A DNA stretch of 64,000 nt. It comes from Octopus sinensis (taxonomy: Eukaryota). This document shows, piece after piece, positions 51,356-64,000 of the stretch; the first letter of the stretch is position 1, and each line of letters opens with the position of its first letter. Made by a program: the position numbers and the translations under genes. Location: the NCBI RefSeq assembly GCF_006345805.1, contig NC_043006.1:50158001-50222000 (forward strand). Direction: 5' to 3'. The notes under the pieces are model-generated. The model saw only the letters and a program-made list of their open reading frames with translations. It made no database searches and was not told where the DNA came from.

Positions 51356-52711
51356 GTCCTTATGGCATCAACATATGTCATCCCCGGTCTCCCTCAACTA
51401 GTGTGTCCAAGTAAAAATATTAAGACGAAAGGAGAGTTCACGGTTAAGTGAAAATTAAATATGAATTTGAAATAACATTTACCTCCTTATTTGGTAATTC
51501 CGAACGTACATACAAATACTACTTGATCAGCAAAAACTTTTAAGGAGGTTTAAATAGAGATATATATTGGAATACATATATTAGCACGCACTTCCTATAT
51601 TTTTTTAGTCTAGATCCAAATAAGCGTGACTGGATGGACGAAAATATAAATACCATAAAACGAAAAAGAAAAACACCTATGTACTTTATACGTATGTTTT
51701 TTTTTGTTTTTCCTTTTAATATATTATCTACTGAGGAGTACAAGTATGACTGTTACGATGTTCTATTTATGAATATCTGGGTCCATTTGTATGAAACAGT
51801 TGTATAGCAACATGAAAAATAATAACTATAACCCATTTTAACATCCAATCTCCTTCATTACATAAATATTAATGAATTTGTTGAACTTTGTTTCATACCA
51901 TAAGTCATATACTGATTATTTCAATACAAACTTTCATATCTATGCGAATTTAAAAAGAATTCGATACGTAAAGTATGAAGAAAAGACATTAGAAATCTTA
52001 GGAAAAAATTCCAATTAAATATGAATTCATCCGATAAAATTCATATTAAAATATTAACAACACATATTATCATCACAGTTTTGTTTCTGATTAAGCGAAT
52101 GTCTATACACTCACCTATGATGTAGAATGTGGTCAGTGAATAAATACGCTAATATATGTTGCAGTATACACACATACAGATATTTTTCGTCTATGAGAAT
52201 ATATTTGTCTTATCAGCTGAATCTACACCAGATGCTTTGAATGTTACATTTCAAGATGGTGACTATCCTTAAATAAGCACGTTTAAATTGTTGCACGATA
52301 ATCATTTATATATATATATATATATATATATATGCATAAATATATATATATGTGTGTGCATGTATGTATGGATGCAAACGTACTAGGAGGAAAAAGATGT
52401 ATACAGGAATAATATACTCAACTAAAATTGTAAAAATATTGGACAAGCTTGAAATCATTGCAGCTGAAGTTGAAATTGAAATAATGTAAAAATGTTATTG
52501 TTAGTATCAGTCAAATGTAAAATCATACTCCCTACTCTCACTTTAGATTCTAGCTTCCCTTCTGAAGAAAATTTTATATGGAGCTTCTTGTAAGGATGGG
52601 GGAAGGGGTTGTTCTACTCGTGTATGATAGAAATGTAACCGTTCTTTCATAATTTGAAAATCTTATTCCCTATTTTCCTAACCATGGCTGAGCTGAGATT
52701 TAGGCATACAG

Positions 52712-52950
52712 AAACGGTGAGCTGACAGAAACGTTAGCACGGCGGGCGAAATGCTTAGTGGTATTACGTCTGCCGTTACGTTCTGAGTTCAAATTCCGCC
52801 GAGGTCGACTTTACTTTCATCCTTTTGGGGTCGATAAATTAAGTACCAGTTTTGCACTAGGGTGGATGTAATCGACTTAATTCGTTTGTCTGTCCTTGTT
52901 TGCCCCCTCTATGTTTAGCCCCTTGTGGGCGATAAAAAATAAGAAATAAG
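52712..52950 (+). mobile_element. SINE family B, full length, ending in a GCCC-cttgt-GGGC hairpin and GATAAA
   Basis: tRNA-like head (GGTGAGCTGACAGAAACGTTAG; GAGTTCAAATTCC B-box) and an (AAATAAG) tail. Confidence 0.85.
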
Positions 52951-53155
52951 AAACGTGTCTTCATCTAGAAGACTGGAATAGTAACTAGGATGCTATTTAA
53001 CTCGCAAATTAACAGTCAAATAGGCAACAATGTCCTGTCCGCATAGAAATAATGAGAAATATATTGTGTGGTATATTTACTTGGGGATACTATCGCCTTA
53101 CATTAAAAATGAATATTTATCTTCACTAGAGATAAAGGATTCTAAACCGATACGC

Positions 53156-53566
53156 TTTTACTCTTTTACTCTTTTACTTGTTTCAGTCATTTGACTGCGG
53201 CCATGCTGGAGTACCCCTTTAGTCGAGCAAATCGAAGCCAGGACTTACTATTCACAAGCTTAGTACTTATTCTATCAGTCGCTTTTGTGATAAGTTACGA
53301 GGACGTAAACACACCAGCATCGGTTGTCAAGCAATGGTGGGAAGACAAACACAGACTCACAAACATATGCACCCATACATATATATATATATATACAAAT
53401 ATACGACGGGCTTCTTTCAGTTTCCATTTACCAAATCCACTCATGAGGCTTTGGTCAGCCCGAGGCTATAGTAGAAGACATTTGCCCAAGGTGCCAGACA
53501 GTGAGAATGAACCCGGAACCATGTGGTTGGTAAGCAAGCTACTTACTACAGAGCCACTCCTGCGCC
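53156..53566 (-). mobile_element. SINE family A, full length
   Basis: Reverse complement aligns to 46964-47380. Confidence 0.9.
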
Positions 53567-54375
53567 AATTCACGAATTTCTGAAAATCGAACATCCTTCT
53601 GCTTTTGCTACCCAGAGACTCTATCACTGCACTCATAACTTCTATAAAGCTTGGCCAACATGTCTCTCTTTCCCCAAAGATCACAAAATTGAAAGTATCT
53701 TCTTCAGAATCAGAATAAGTCATTCGGTTGGAACTCAAGTAGCTGTGTACATCAGAGGGTGCTATGAAAGGAAGAAAATAGTCCTTCAAATTTAGCTACA
53801 TTATCAACATGCTGAGCGTGTGAATATGAGTAATTTCACTCCAATTTCTAAATAGCCTGCTTTTCTTACAGGCAACGCTTTTATTGACAAAAATAATTGC
53901 TACTGAGACAAAACAGTAAAAATTTCAAAAGTTGAAACTATTCTCAAACCGTAAATTTTATAATTCAATTATAAAATATATAAATGTCAATGAGGAACCC
54001 AAGACGGACACAATTGCCAACAAGGTAAACGAATTGAATTATGGCATTACACTCTTACACCAGTTAGAAATCAGTACAGTAAATATGAGCCGGCAGTTTA
54101 AAGTAAAAGTGGTCTGATCATGTTCATGTCGTTGGGAGACACTTCCAGTATAATGCGAGCTGCTTTGTAGCTCAAACTCCAGATGCGACCGTTATAAGCG
54201 AAACATTAGATGGCAATTTTGGTGAGCCTTGGATATTTTCATTTACAACGTTGGGTCTCCCTTGCTCAGTTGTTTGATGCTCCAGCTGCATTTAGAAATG
54301 ATGACCGAGGGAAGAATGATCGAAAAGCGGGTAGAATAATACCAATAAACAACAATGAAAAAAAATACAACTAAA

Positions 54376-54812
54376 GACCCAGGCGTGGCTGTGAGGTAAA
54401 AAGTTTGCTTCCCGTCAACATGGCTCTGGGTTCATCCCACTGTGCGGAGCCTTAGGCAACTGTCTTCTACTGTAACCTCGGCCGACCAAAGATTTGTGAG
54501 CGGATTTAGTTGATGTAATCTGAAAAACAGCTTGTCATGCAAACACACACACACACAAATATGTGCGCGCGCGTGTGCATGCGTGCGTGCGTGTGTCTGT
54601 CTGTCTGTCTGTCTCTGTCTGTCTCCGAACGCTGCTTGACAACTGGTGTTGATGTGTTTACGCTCCCGTAACTTAACAGTTCGGCAAAACAGACCAATAG
54701 AATAAGTATTAGGTTTTAAAAAAATTAGTGGTGTCGATTTGTTCGACTAAAAGTTCTTCAAGGCGATACCCCAGCATGGGCGCAGTCTAATAACTGAATC
54801 AAGTAAAAGATA
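54376..54812 (+). mobile_element. SINE family A, full length, diverged
   Basis: Aligns to 46964-47380. Confidence 0.85.
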
Positions 54813-55164
54813 AATGATACTAATAAATTACCAATGCCCAAACCAATTTTTATGATATTTTTAATTCTTTTAAAAATAACTTTGAAGTTTTGTTGCTCCA
54901 TTGAAATAATCATTTTTTGAAATCACTTAAGAGAAAAATAAATACACTTTTCATATCATAAATTTGGCACTCATGAATTTATAAATGGCTAATCATATTA
55001 ATTCTTCAAATTCTAATACATTTGATTTATTTTTCTTAATGCAGGCGTAGTTAAAATTTTAATTATCAATTATGTGCATTGATTGATTTTGACAATTTGG
55101 TACGAAAACAAACATTCAAAGTCACTCTTGATCGAACACTTAAAAAATAAATCCTAAACACACA

Positions 55165-55231
<67 letters not shown>

Positions 55232-55619
55232 ACATACTTAAATACACATCTAGTCCCTTATATTCACGAAGAGATGAAAGGCAAGTTCAAATCCAGTCAC
55301 GATCAACTTCGCCCTTCATCAATCAAGTAATGAACCGATGAAATCGACTAATTCCTCTCTTAAAATTTGAGAAAATTACTACTAGTACTACTACTGATAC
55401 TGCTACTACTAGCAGTGGTAGTACTCTTGCGCTGTTTGCATGCAGTATCTTCCACTACACTGGACCGGCCTAAATACACTATTGCACGCTATGTTTGAGT
55501 TCTATGATTACTTAACAATAGATGTATGTATGTATGTATGTATGTATGTATGTATGTATGTATGTATGTATGTATGTATGTATGTATGTATGTATGTATG
55601 TGTATATATATTGTAAAGG

Positions 55620-56290
55620 TGATACAAGAAAGTGCAGCAATGACGATAAAATATTTGTGGAGTAAATTTTAAAGCTTTCCATAAATGGCAATTTGAGTTT
55701 AGCACACCAATTTGACAGTGTTATCATTTTTTATAAGAACGGGATGAATCATATCTGAAAGCAGCTCCAAGTTCGTGAAGAACGAATTTGTACGTGCTCT
55801 GTTTCTGAGAGTTATTCTATTGGACCTCTGTGTAATCTGGTGTGTGTAATCTGATGTGCTGCAGCATCCTTTTGCTGATCTTGAGAAAGTATCATCTCCC
55901 TTCTATCTTGAGACTCCATTTAATGTGCTGCAGCATACCTTTGCTGATCTTGAGAAAGTATCATATTCCGTCTGTCTTAGGACTCCATCAGACGTTGTGG
56001 AGCATGCTTTTGCTGATGTTGAGAAGGTCTCCTCTCCCTTCTCTCTTGAGACTGTATTTGACGTGCTGCAGTGATCTTTGGAAAGTGTCATGTCCCTTCT
56101 GTATTGAGATTCCATCTACAGCATGCCTTTGCTGATATTGAGAAAGATTCATATCCCTTATCTTTTGAGACTCTCGCCTTCGATTTTCTGCACTTCGCCT
56201 TGCTTTATAGGTGTTTCTGGAGAGATTGCGTTTTTTCTTTGGTGGCATATTTTTTCAATATTTTAAACAAAAATTATGAATGTCGAAAAA
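55620..56290 (-). pseudogene. Helitron Rep/helicase N-terminal relic with four 69-bp (23-aa) STPR-like repeats
   Basis: MPPKKKRNLSRNTYKARR start; repeat units begin at 55854, 55923, 55992 and 56061. Followed by AAFRYD...IG...CHLWKALKF......CC (cf. Helitron AF.YD...IG.M...C.HC.ALKF......CC). Confidence 0.72.
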
Positions 56291-56538
56291 ATATACATTA
56301 ATCTCTATTTTTGTAAGCAGTTGTTTATATGTAGCATGTCTATATTTTTGTATGCAGTGTAAATTAACCAAATATAAGCATATTGTAAATACCTCGCAGC
56401 CTTGCAACTGTTACGATAATTATGAACTGTTAATTGAATGGTAGATGTATATGTTTACATAACTTGGACCTTCCACGTAATTATTTTTTGTCAAGAGTTT
56501 CACCTCCAGCCGTTCTCCTTACACACACACACACACAT

Positions 56539-56599
<61 letters not shown>

Positions 56600-57145
56600 T
56601 GTATGTACGTGTAGATGTATGTGCGTGTATAATAACGTACGTAACGGACACCCAGACACACACACAGTCACAGACACATTCATATAAAAATGTGACGATA
56701 CGCACACATGCACTCCCACATACAGTCACATACACATAGTAAGAGAGACACATACAAACATACATTCACATGTCAGTCGTCACATGTGCATATGTATGTG
56801 TAGATGTGTGTATGTTTAATAACGTACCTAACGTGGAGACATAGTCAGAGAGACATACACACTCATACACCCACGCACATACACTCAAAGACACGTACAC
56901 ACTCATATATGTGATGTCGGCATCGTCGTGGTATTAAATGTCATTTCCTATCTCGTACGTATCGAACATGTAAACACACACACAAAAGTGACAAAATAAA
57001 AGTGAAAGAATAAAAGTGAAACAATATTATATCACGCAAGGAAGTCAATTTGTAGACAGAAATTACAAACCCCATTTCAGCGTATAAAGCTGTAGAAGAA
57101 AATAGGCTGAGTGAAAAAACTTGAGCCACTTTAGGATATCTTCTT

Positions 57146-57805
57146 CTAACGTAAAAACGCCCGGTGACGTGGTTTAATTCTCATTGGTTTGTAATGAAGG
57201 CTTATCGGCTGTATCTCAACGGTTTTCGATAGAGGGAGAAATGTAAATAGCGTATTTAAATTGATGGAGTGCAGAACAAAAATAAGTAAAGTGATGTAGG
57301 GAGAACGTACAGATGTTTTGAAGACAAATATATCTATGCACGACAAAACTGAAATACACTGACGTCAATTTTCAGAGAGAAAGAGAGAGAGGAGGAAAGA
57401 GGGGGTAGAGAGAGAGAGGGAGAGAGAGTGACAGAAACAGACATAGGCTTAAAGAGAGTATTGTAGAGGGTGAAATTGAGAAAAAGAAAGAGAAAAGATA
57501 AATAGACAGAGAGATAAATGGGAGAAAACCGTTTGAAAACTGCAGAAGTCAAAGCAGAGAATCGGTTGAAAACTGCAGTTTTAGAGAAAACCCAAGTGAA
57601 ACACTTTTTTTCCCAGTCGGTTTCTCGCATTGCATGGGAGCACTGGGCAAAATGTTATAGTGCATGACCATCTTTGGCACATAAGTAATGTGTGTGTAAA
57701 GTTTGGTGAAAATCGTTTGAAAACTGTAGAAATGCATACGTATGACACATACAGACACAGACAGATGCACACACACACATACTTTGTTTTTTATATGTAG
57801 TTAGA
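57146..57805 (-). mobile_element. Non-autonomous Helitron-like element with a canonical 5' end
   Basis: Minus strand A|TCTAACTACATATAAAAAAC-(TG)n-...CGATTTTCACCAAACTTT...; the 3' end is only a degenerate ...ACCGGGCG...GTTAG. Confidence 0.6.
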
Positions 57806-58540
57806 TAGCCTTCTTTATCAAAATTATGAATAACTGGTTTGGATAATCTGAATCCTTAAATCATATTCTTAAAAATCTTCAGCTCATCATCAGAGAACAA
57901 CTGCATTTGGCTGTTTTTCCTTCCGAGGAAACAGTTTATACCACTTTCGAACAGTTTATTCTTCCTATTTGCCAGTGTAGGCTATCACAATTTATTCTTA
58001 GTATACCGGTTGCTTGAGACATAAGACTAAATGAAAAGTAAATAAAAATCACATATTTATGACCTTCTCGCGTGATAAACAGCATCAGTTGCTGCAGCGT
58101 TCATGATCATCTACAGTATATCCATCAACCGTGATTTCTTCCAGTTGCAGCAGAGTGAGAGTTCTCATGCTCACTCATGCCTTCTGAAAAGGGACTATGC
58201 AAACTGAATATATTACACACGAATGAGAATCAGAACTATTTCGCCGGGAGCTAACCACCTCCGCTTCAGTGCTCATCCGAATTGATGTTCAGCCGTATTC
58301 TTACTACGCTTTAAATGGAGATCTCAAAGTCGATTAATCGTCTGTTTTATTGAATTCCTTATCAACAAAACTTTGACTCTGTTATAGCAAAATTGATTAT
58401 GGAACATTTAGTTTTGCTTTTGCCAGTAAACTCGGAACCAATTCCTGTGTGTCGAGCGAAAAGGTCCAGTTGGCTATTAATTATAACCACCCTCTCTTTC
58501 CCTTTCTCTCTCCTTCTTGCACTCTTTCTCTCTCTCTCTT

Positions 58541-58604
<64 letters not shown>

Positions 58605-58743
58605 GTGCATACAAACATACACACACACATATAAGTATATATGTACATGCATATACTTCACTGTATAGATATATATTTCCATATTGGTATTTACGTAGTT
58701 ATACATTCATTCATTCATTCATTCATTCATTCATTCATTCATT

Positions 58744-58775
<32 letters not shown>

Positions 58776-58850
58776 CATACATACATACTCTCATTTATTT
58801 ATGCATATATGTGTATATATGTACGTATATATGTATACATATATATATAT

Positions 58851-58923
<73 letters not shown>

Positions 58924-59269
58924 CCAGACACACATACATACATACATACATGTAAACCTAAACACACAAGCATATGTACATTTATAATCATGCATACATA
59001 TATGTGTGAGGGACAGAGAAAGAAAGAGAGAGAGAGGGAGAGGGAGAGAGAATGAGAGAGAGAGAGGAGAAGGAGGAGGAGGAAATAATTAACCGAATAG
59101 ATGAAGGGATGGATAGACAGAGAAATACCAACATATGGACATAAAGAGAGAGGAATTAGAGATAAAGAGTGACAAAGGGAAAGCAAGAGTTATACAGACA
59201 GCTAGACTAGACAAAATACTTCCCTTAATCTATTGTTCAAAACAATCTGTGTAGATTTATGACTTTATT

Positions 59270-59760
59270 TCCAGTTATTCGAGTAAATTCGTTAGTTCTT
59301 GTGGGATTGAATTTAAAGCTTCACCGCATTTTGGTAAACTTTAATGCAAATTCTCTGTAGTTGTAAATTTTCTCGAATTCTTTATCAGCAAAACCGTTGT
59401 CCCTGGGTATAATAATATTGATTAGGCAACATTACTTGTTTTGTCATGGCAATAAGCACTAAACTGGGTCTTCTACGCTCTATGACCAAATCTATATGAC
59501 TATTAATTAATCCTACAAGACATTTGGAACTTGTTCGTTTTCTACAAATTTTTCAACTAAGAGTTATTTCTCTAATGAAACTAGAAATCTGTTTCAAACA
59601 GCAACTTTCAATGTTTATCCCACCTTACTTTATCACATTAGCATTTATGACCTGTCTGGGTTTATGTTACCCTGTACTAATTATGCATAACAGAATTCTT
59701 TATCTTCCTCTCCCCATTCCCCGTCACTTCTCATATATTTGCTGATTCCAAATTGTACAT
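59270..59760 (-). pseudogene. R4/Dong-clade C-terminal relic (restriction-like endonuclease region)
   Basis: RRPSLVLI...CLINIIIPRD...KEFEKIYNYREFA matches the RPD.....IID.AIP.D...KE.EKI.KY pattern; a decayed HDKV..HW motif lies upstream. Confidence 0.65.
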
Positions 59761-61099
59761 ATTTTTTTTCAAAAATATTTCTAATTAATACTTCAGGAGA
59801 AACTTTTTGTCATTTCAAGTTTTTATTTTTTTGTCTGCGCAAGTGGTTTCAACTTACATCGATCTTAAATCAAAGTTACTTCTCTATCTGTCTTTCTCTT
59901 CCCCATTTCCACCTTTCTTTTTTCTGAAACAAATCAATGCAAGAATTACTTTATTTTATTCTTGCTATGTATTTTGACACTTTCTTCTTAAAATAATTTG
60001 TGGTATGTTTCTGTTATTATTTCAAAGCTGGCATCTACAACTAAAACTGGAATAAGAACTCTAGTTGTTACACAAAAATAAGTCGAAGTCTTTTTTCAGT
60101 TTGCTGCACATTGCTCAATACCAAATTTTCGAAGCTTTACACATTTTTATATAGTCTCCCATTATCAAAACGCGTCCAATTACTCGTTCATCCAATCGTC
60201 TGAAACGATGCACTGCTCACTGCAAACCAAAAAAAACTTACCAAATTTTAAGGCTTAAGTTCTTGGCGAGTTAATACTGCAAGCTTATTTGAAATATCCC
60301 TTGTTACTCTATCATCTTTTTTACATTGGTAATATTCTTGATAAAGAAATACCACAGTATAACTAGCATATTTATTCGAATATAAAGCGACCCATTTTTT
60401 TTCTACTTAAATAGGCTTTATGTAAAACAAAGAAAAACAGAAAGAAAAGCGCATTCGCTTTGTATTCTTAGAAAGAACACTATTTTCCCCCTATAAATTT
60501 CTCTCGATCTACTAAGCGTGGGATGGGCTCACACGCACCTAGACATGCATTCACTCAATAATATACACACATGCTGTTAATTTTTTTATACCGCCTTCCA
60601 TTTTCTCTACACTTCCAAACAACCAGTATGGAATATAAATCGTTGGCAGTGTAGTGAGATGAAGAGAGAGTAGGAAAGAAAGGGGAAAGGGAAAGAGGGG
60701 AAGTGGGAGAAAGGGAGGAAGAAAAGAAGAGAAAGGACGAGAGATGGAAAGTAGAGAGAGAGAGAGAGATAGAGAGAGAGAGAGAAGAAAGAGAGAGAAA
60801 GAGAGGGGAAGAACAGAAAAAGAAAAAACTAGTAAAAAGGAAACAGAAATAAGTAAGTAAAAGAAAATGTGGGTGGAGAGAGAGGGGGAGAGAGGCAGGG
60901 GAGGGAGAAAACGGGGAGAAAAGCGGAGAGAAGTAGATAAGAGAGTGGAGAGAGTGGGGAAAGGTGATTGGTCACAGGAACGTGAATACAGGAAGGAAAA
61001 CACATAAGGGGAAGTTCCTGATGTAAGATTTTTTTAAATCCAAAAAGGATAAAGGGCAGATGAGACATACGACAATGTGGTCCACTATCTCAGAATTAA

Positions 61100-61450
61100 T
61101 TTTCTCAACTGAAAAGGAGAAATCTTCCATCTTTTTGTTGGGGCTTAAATGTGTGCACTTTCCATAAAATTATTCCTTTTTCAGCAAGGCAGAGCCTGCA
61201 TCTTCTATCATCATTCATGCATGAGCTGGATTTTCGGTGATTTTCCAGTTGATGAAAAAAGTCTATATTTTCTTTTAATTGCCAGATTTAGCTGGTAAAT
61301 TTTATGTTATTTGGTTTTTGAATACTTCTGAATGCCACGATGGTGCTGAGAAAGTTTTGCTTGAAGGGTTCTTCTGCTAACCTCTCTTATCGCTTTAAGC
61401 TGGTGTTCTGGTTCTCATCTGTTTAAAATGATTTCTTTCAGTGGGTCGCA
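61100..61450 (-). pseudogene. Penelope-like GIY-YIG endonuclease C-terminal relic (second PLE lineage)
   Basis: TFKQ...IWQLKENID..INWKITE...RCRLCLAEKGIIL, a pattern typical of marine-invertebrate PLE endonucleases. Confidence 0.55.
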
Positions 61451-61679
61451 ATAATGTCCCTTTATGAAGAACCAACTTTAACAGTAGGTGTGTGACTGCA
61501 TGAAATGATTGGTTTCATATTTAGGGTGCGGTAGTAACTTGTATTAGTGTTCTAGAAGAGAAAATGCTTATCTATTAAGTTAAAGAAACTTTCGCCTAAT
61601 TCTGACGTGTAGTGAGAAAGAGCTGCAAACCATCGAAAAACAAAAGCATCCTTAAAAAGTCAAAAATAAAGAGATTATC

Positions 61680-62451
61680 ACTAGGAGATAACAGTGTACT
61701 CGAAGTAGGCGCCCTCGGTTTCCACCATGGCCTGAGGACAGATCCGGAACCTGGCGCAAGTATTCCTCACTGTATCACTAGGAAGATCTTCAAACATCTC
61801 CTTGAACTTGGCCATTAGTTGGCCCTGGTGTTGCAGGCAGAACAGTTGTCTTTCTCGACCGCATCTTAAGTACTCTATAGGGTTACAATCGGGAAAATTA
61901 GGAGGCCAGAATTTGAGGCTAGTGAAGTCGTAGAAATTCTCCAACAACAATTTCTGACTCTTTCCGGAGGTATGACAAGGAGCTGAATCCTGTTCGCAAA
62001 CATACAGCCTTCCAGCAGCGACCCTACCCAGCAAGGGTCCGACCACACTCTTCAGCAGCTTCACATAGCAGTCTGAGTAGACCCTAATTGAACCCTGTTA
62101 AAACTCGTGGGACTGCATGACGTCACCCTCACTGGAGACATACCCACAGACCATCAGATTTTATGGAAACATGGTTTTCATGGAATCCATGTAACCTCCT
62201 ACAGCGTTGTACAGTGTTCACGAAACGTTGAGCAGTAATCATAATGTCAGCATTTTGATAGTCGGCTTGAATCATCATGATATAGGTAACTCTTGTTAAA
62301 TATTCAGAGGGCTTCATGTCAGCAAATTCTATTCCTAACTACAATTTTAATCTGTATACTCTCCAACACCGCTGGCCGTTAACCGACAGATCACGCTGTT
62401 TCTGAAGAAAAAAGGTAACAAAAAGTCGTCAAGTTTAGCTCGAACACTCTG
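61680..62451 (-). mobile_element. maT/DD37D-like Tc1/mariner transposase relic with one terminus
   Basis: MVCGYVSSEGDVM, EQDSAPCHTS...FWPPNFPDCNPIEY and ARFR...EGAYFE. Terminus TA|CAGAGTGTT on the minus strand at 62451; second TIR not found. Confidence 0.8.
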
Positions 62452-62479
62452 TACATACATACATACATACATACATACA

Positions 62480-62513
<34 letters not shown>

Positions 62514-63424
62514 CATACATACATACAGAAAAAAAAGCATAAAATTTGCGCATACACATACACATATATATACAAAAATACTCGATAGATGTCGTTGAAA
62601 TTCCAAGAAGTCATGGGTCTAGGTTAGCAACCGGCTCGTTCTCTATTGGCAAGAACTCTTGAAAAAAAACTGAATAATGACATACAGACATACATACATC
62701 CCACTTCGCTCAGTGAGTGAAAGACTTGTTGACAAAAGGAAAACTGATTATACACACATACACACACAAACACACACACTCACACAAACACACACACGAC
62801 AAAGTGTATAAGGTGAGTCTGTATTGAGACAATCCGAATAACAAGAATCACAAATATATATTTTAGAAACAATACCTGAGTAGGCAAGTAATTTTATGAA
62901 AAATAAATATGAAATCATGCTATTTTTCATAAAATTAACTTACCTGCTTAGGTATTGATTCTAAAACATATAATTTGAATTCTTGTTTTTCGATGCACTT
63001 TGTCATGTGTGTAGGATATCAAATACTCTTAAAGGGGTGTTGCTATCTAAGTTCACAGGTTATATCCAGTGCTTCAGTGAAAAACCAAAGATGCTTGTTT
63101 TACAAAGATGGATAAATATTCTTGTGTGAGGAAAAGGATATGGAGAAATTTATATATAAACATCCACTTATTTGGACAAATTCCATTCAGTATAACATCA
63201 AATTCTTTACGCTTACAAATTTTCTCCCCTGACGAAATACCCAATTTACGATATTCGATATGAAAATTTAAATTAATTTAATCAAATTTAGTTTCTCAAA
63301 TTGAATTAATTGGGCATGGAAACAGCTGTAGATGTAAAGAATTTGATGTTAAACTGAATGGAATTTGTTCAAATAAATTGATGTCTATATAATAATTTCT
63401 TCAGTTTCTTTTTCTCATACAAGA

Positions 63425-63473
<49 letters not shown>

Positions 63474-63756
63474 TATATATATCAAGGTATTAATTTTAAA
63501 CGTCCTTGAAGTTTAATTATACTTCACTCATGATGTGCAAAAAGAAATTACAGGATAATAATAATATACATATTTGTATTTTATTTTTTACTATTTGTAT
63601 GTTATTGTCCTCTTTTCGACAGAAACAGCTGTCTGGAAATATTGAATAATGAATTAATAAATCCATAATTAACAACAAAATCTGCTTCAGTTCATTTTAT
63701 ATGATGTAACGCATTAAACATCGTTTAATGAATTATCTCTTGTAATGATATTTTTG

Positions 63757-63788
<32 letters not shown>

Positions 63789-63789
63789 C

Positions 63790-63950
63790 CAAAATATAGG
63801 ATCGACAAACAGCTGTATTAGTTTATCGCTCGGGAAAAATAGAATAATCTTTCAGGCTTCGAGCCTACGCTTTTCGGCAGAAAGGATTAATAGGAAAAAA
63901 TGGAAAGAGAATGAAAGAAGCGTGCAAAGTTCCACGGTCCAGCATACATA
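63790..63950 (-). mobile_element. Hammerhead-core repeat, family B, degenerate
   Basis: Minus strand tttCTGCCGA-a-AAGC-gtag-GCTC-GAAG-cctg-aaaga at about 63847-63883; abuts (TA)n. Confidence 0.55.
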
Positions 63951-64000
63951 CATACACCATGGATGCCAGAAGCCCTTCAACTTGCTAAAGTTCCAGTCAA

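Noticed and set aside
53466-53789. 107-aa minus-strand ORF
   Set aside because: It partly overlaps a SINE and shows no recognisable motif.
55400-55450. CTAGT on the minus strand as a Helitron 3' terminus
   Set aside because: It lies in a CTA-rich simple repeat and lacks the subterminal GC-rich hairpin.

Overview
AT-rich, microsatellite-dense animal genomic DNA. The SINE families, the C2H2 zinc-finger relic and the repeat spectrum point to an octopod cephalopod (Octopus), which is an inference. No intact cellular gene is recognisable, and most ORF-track entries are microsatellite translations. The centre of the window is a head-to-tail array of six same-orientation copies of an L1/Tx1-clade non-LTR retrotransposon (26923-36477), each followed by a (TATC)n tract. 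One copy is near full length, with a zinc-knuckle ORF1 and an APE-RT-zinc-finger ORF2 broken only by three 1-bp indels. Its inter-ORF spacer looks like a 44-nt intron that would fuse ORF1 to ORF2 in frame. Other content: seven copies of a short (TA)n-associated repeat with minimal hammerhead-ribozyme cores; a Penelope-like element with inverted repeats and an intron; an RTE LINE with three C-terminal C2H2 fingers; R4/Dong relics; nested Tigger, Tc1 and SINE insertions; mariner and maT elements; Helitron pieces including a four-repeat STPR-like domain; many tRNA-derived SINEs; and a decayed C2H2 zinc-finger array. All coordinates, alignments and folds were worked out by eye, so boundaries of old relics are approximate.
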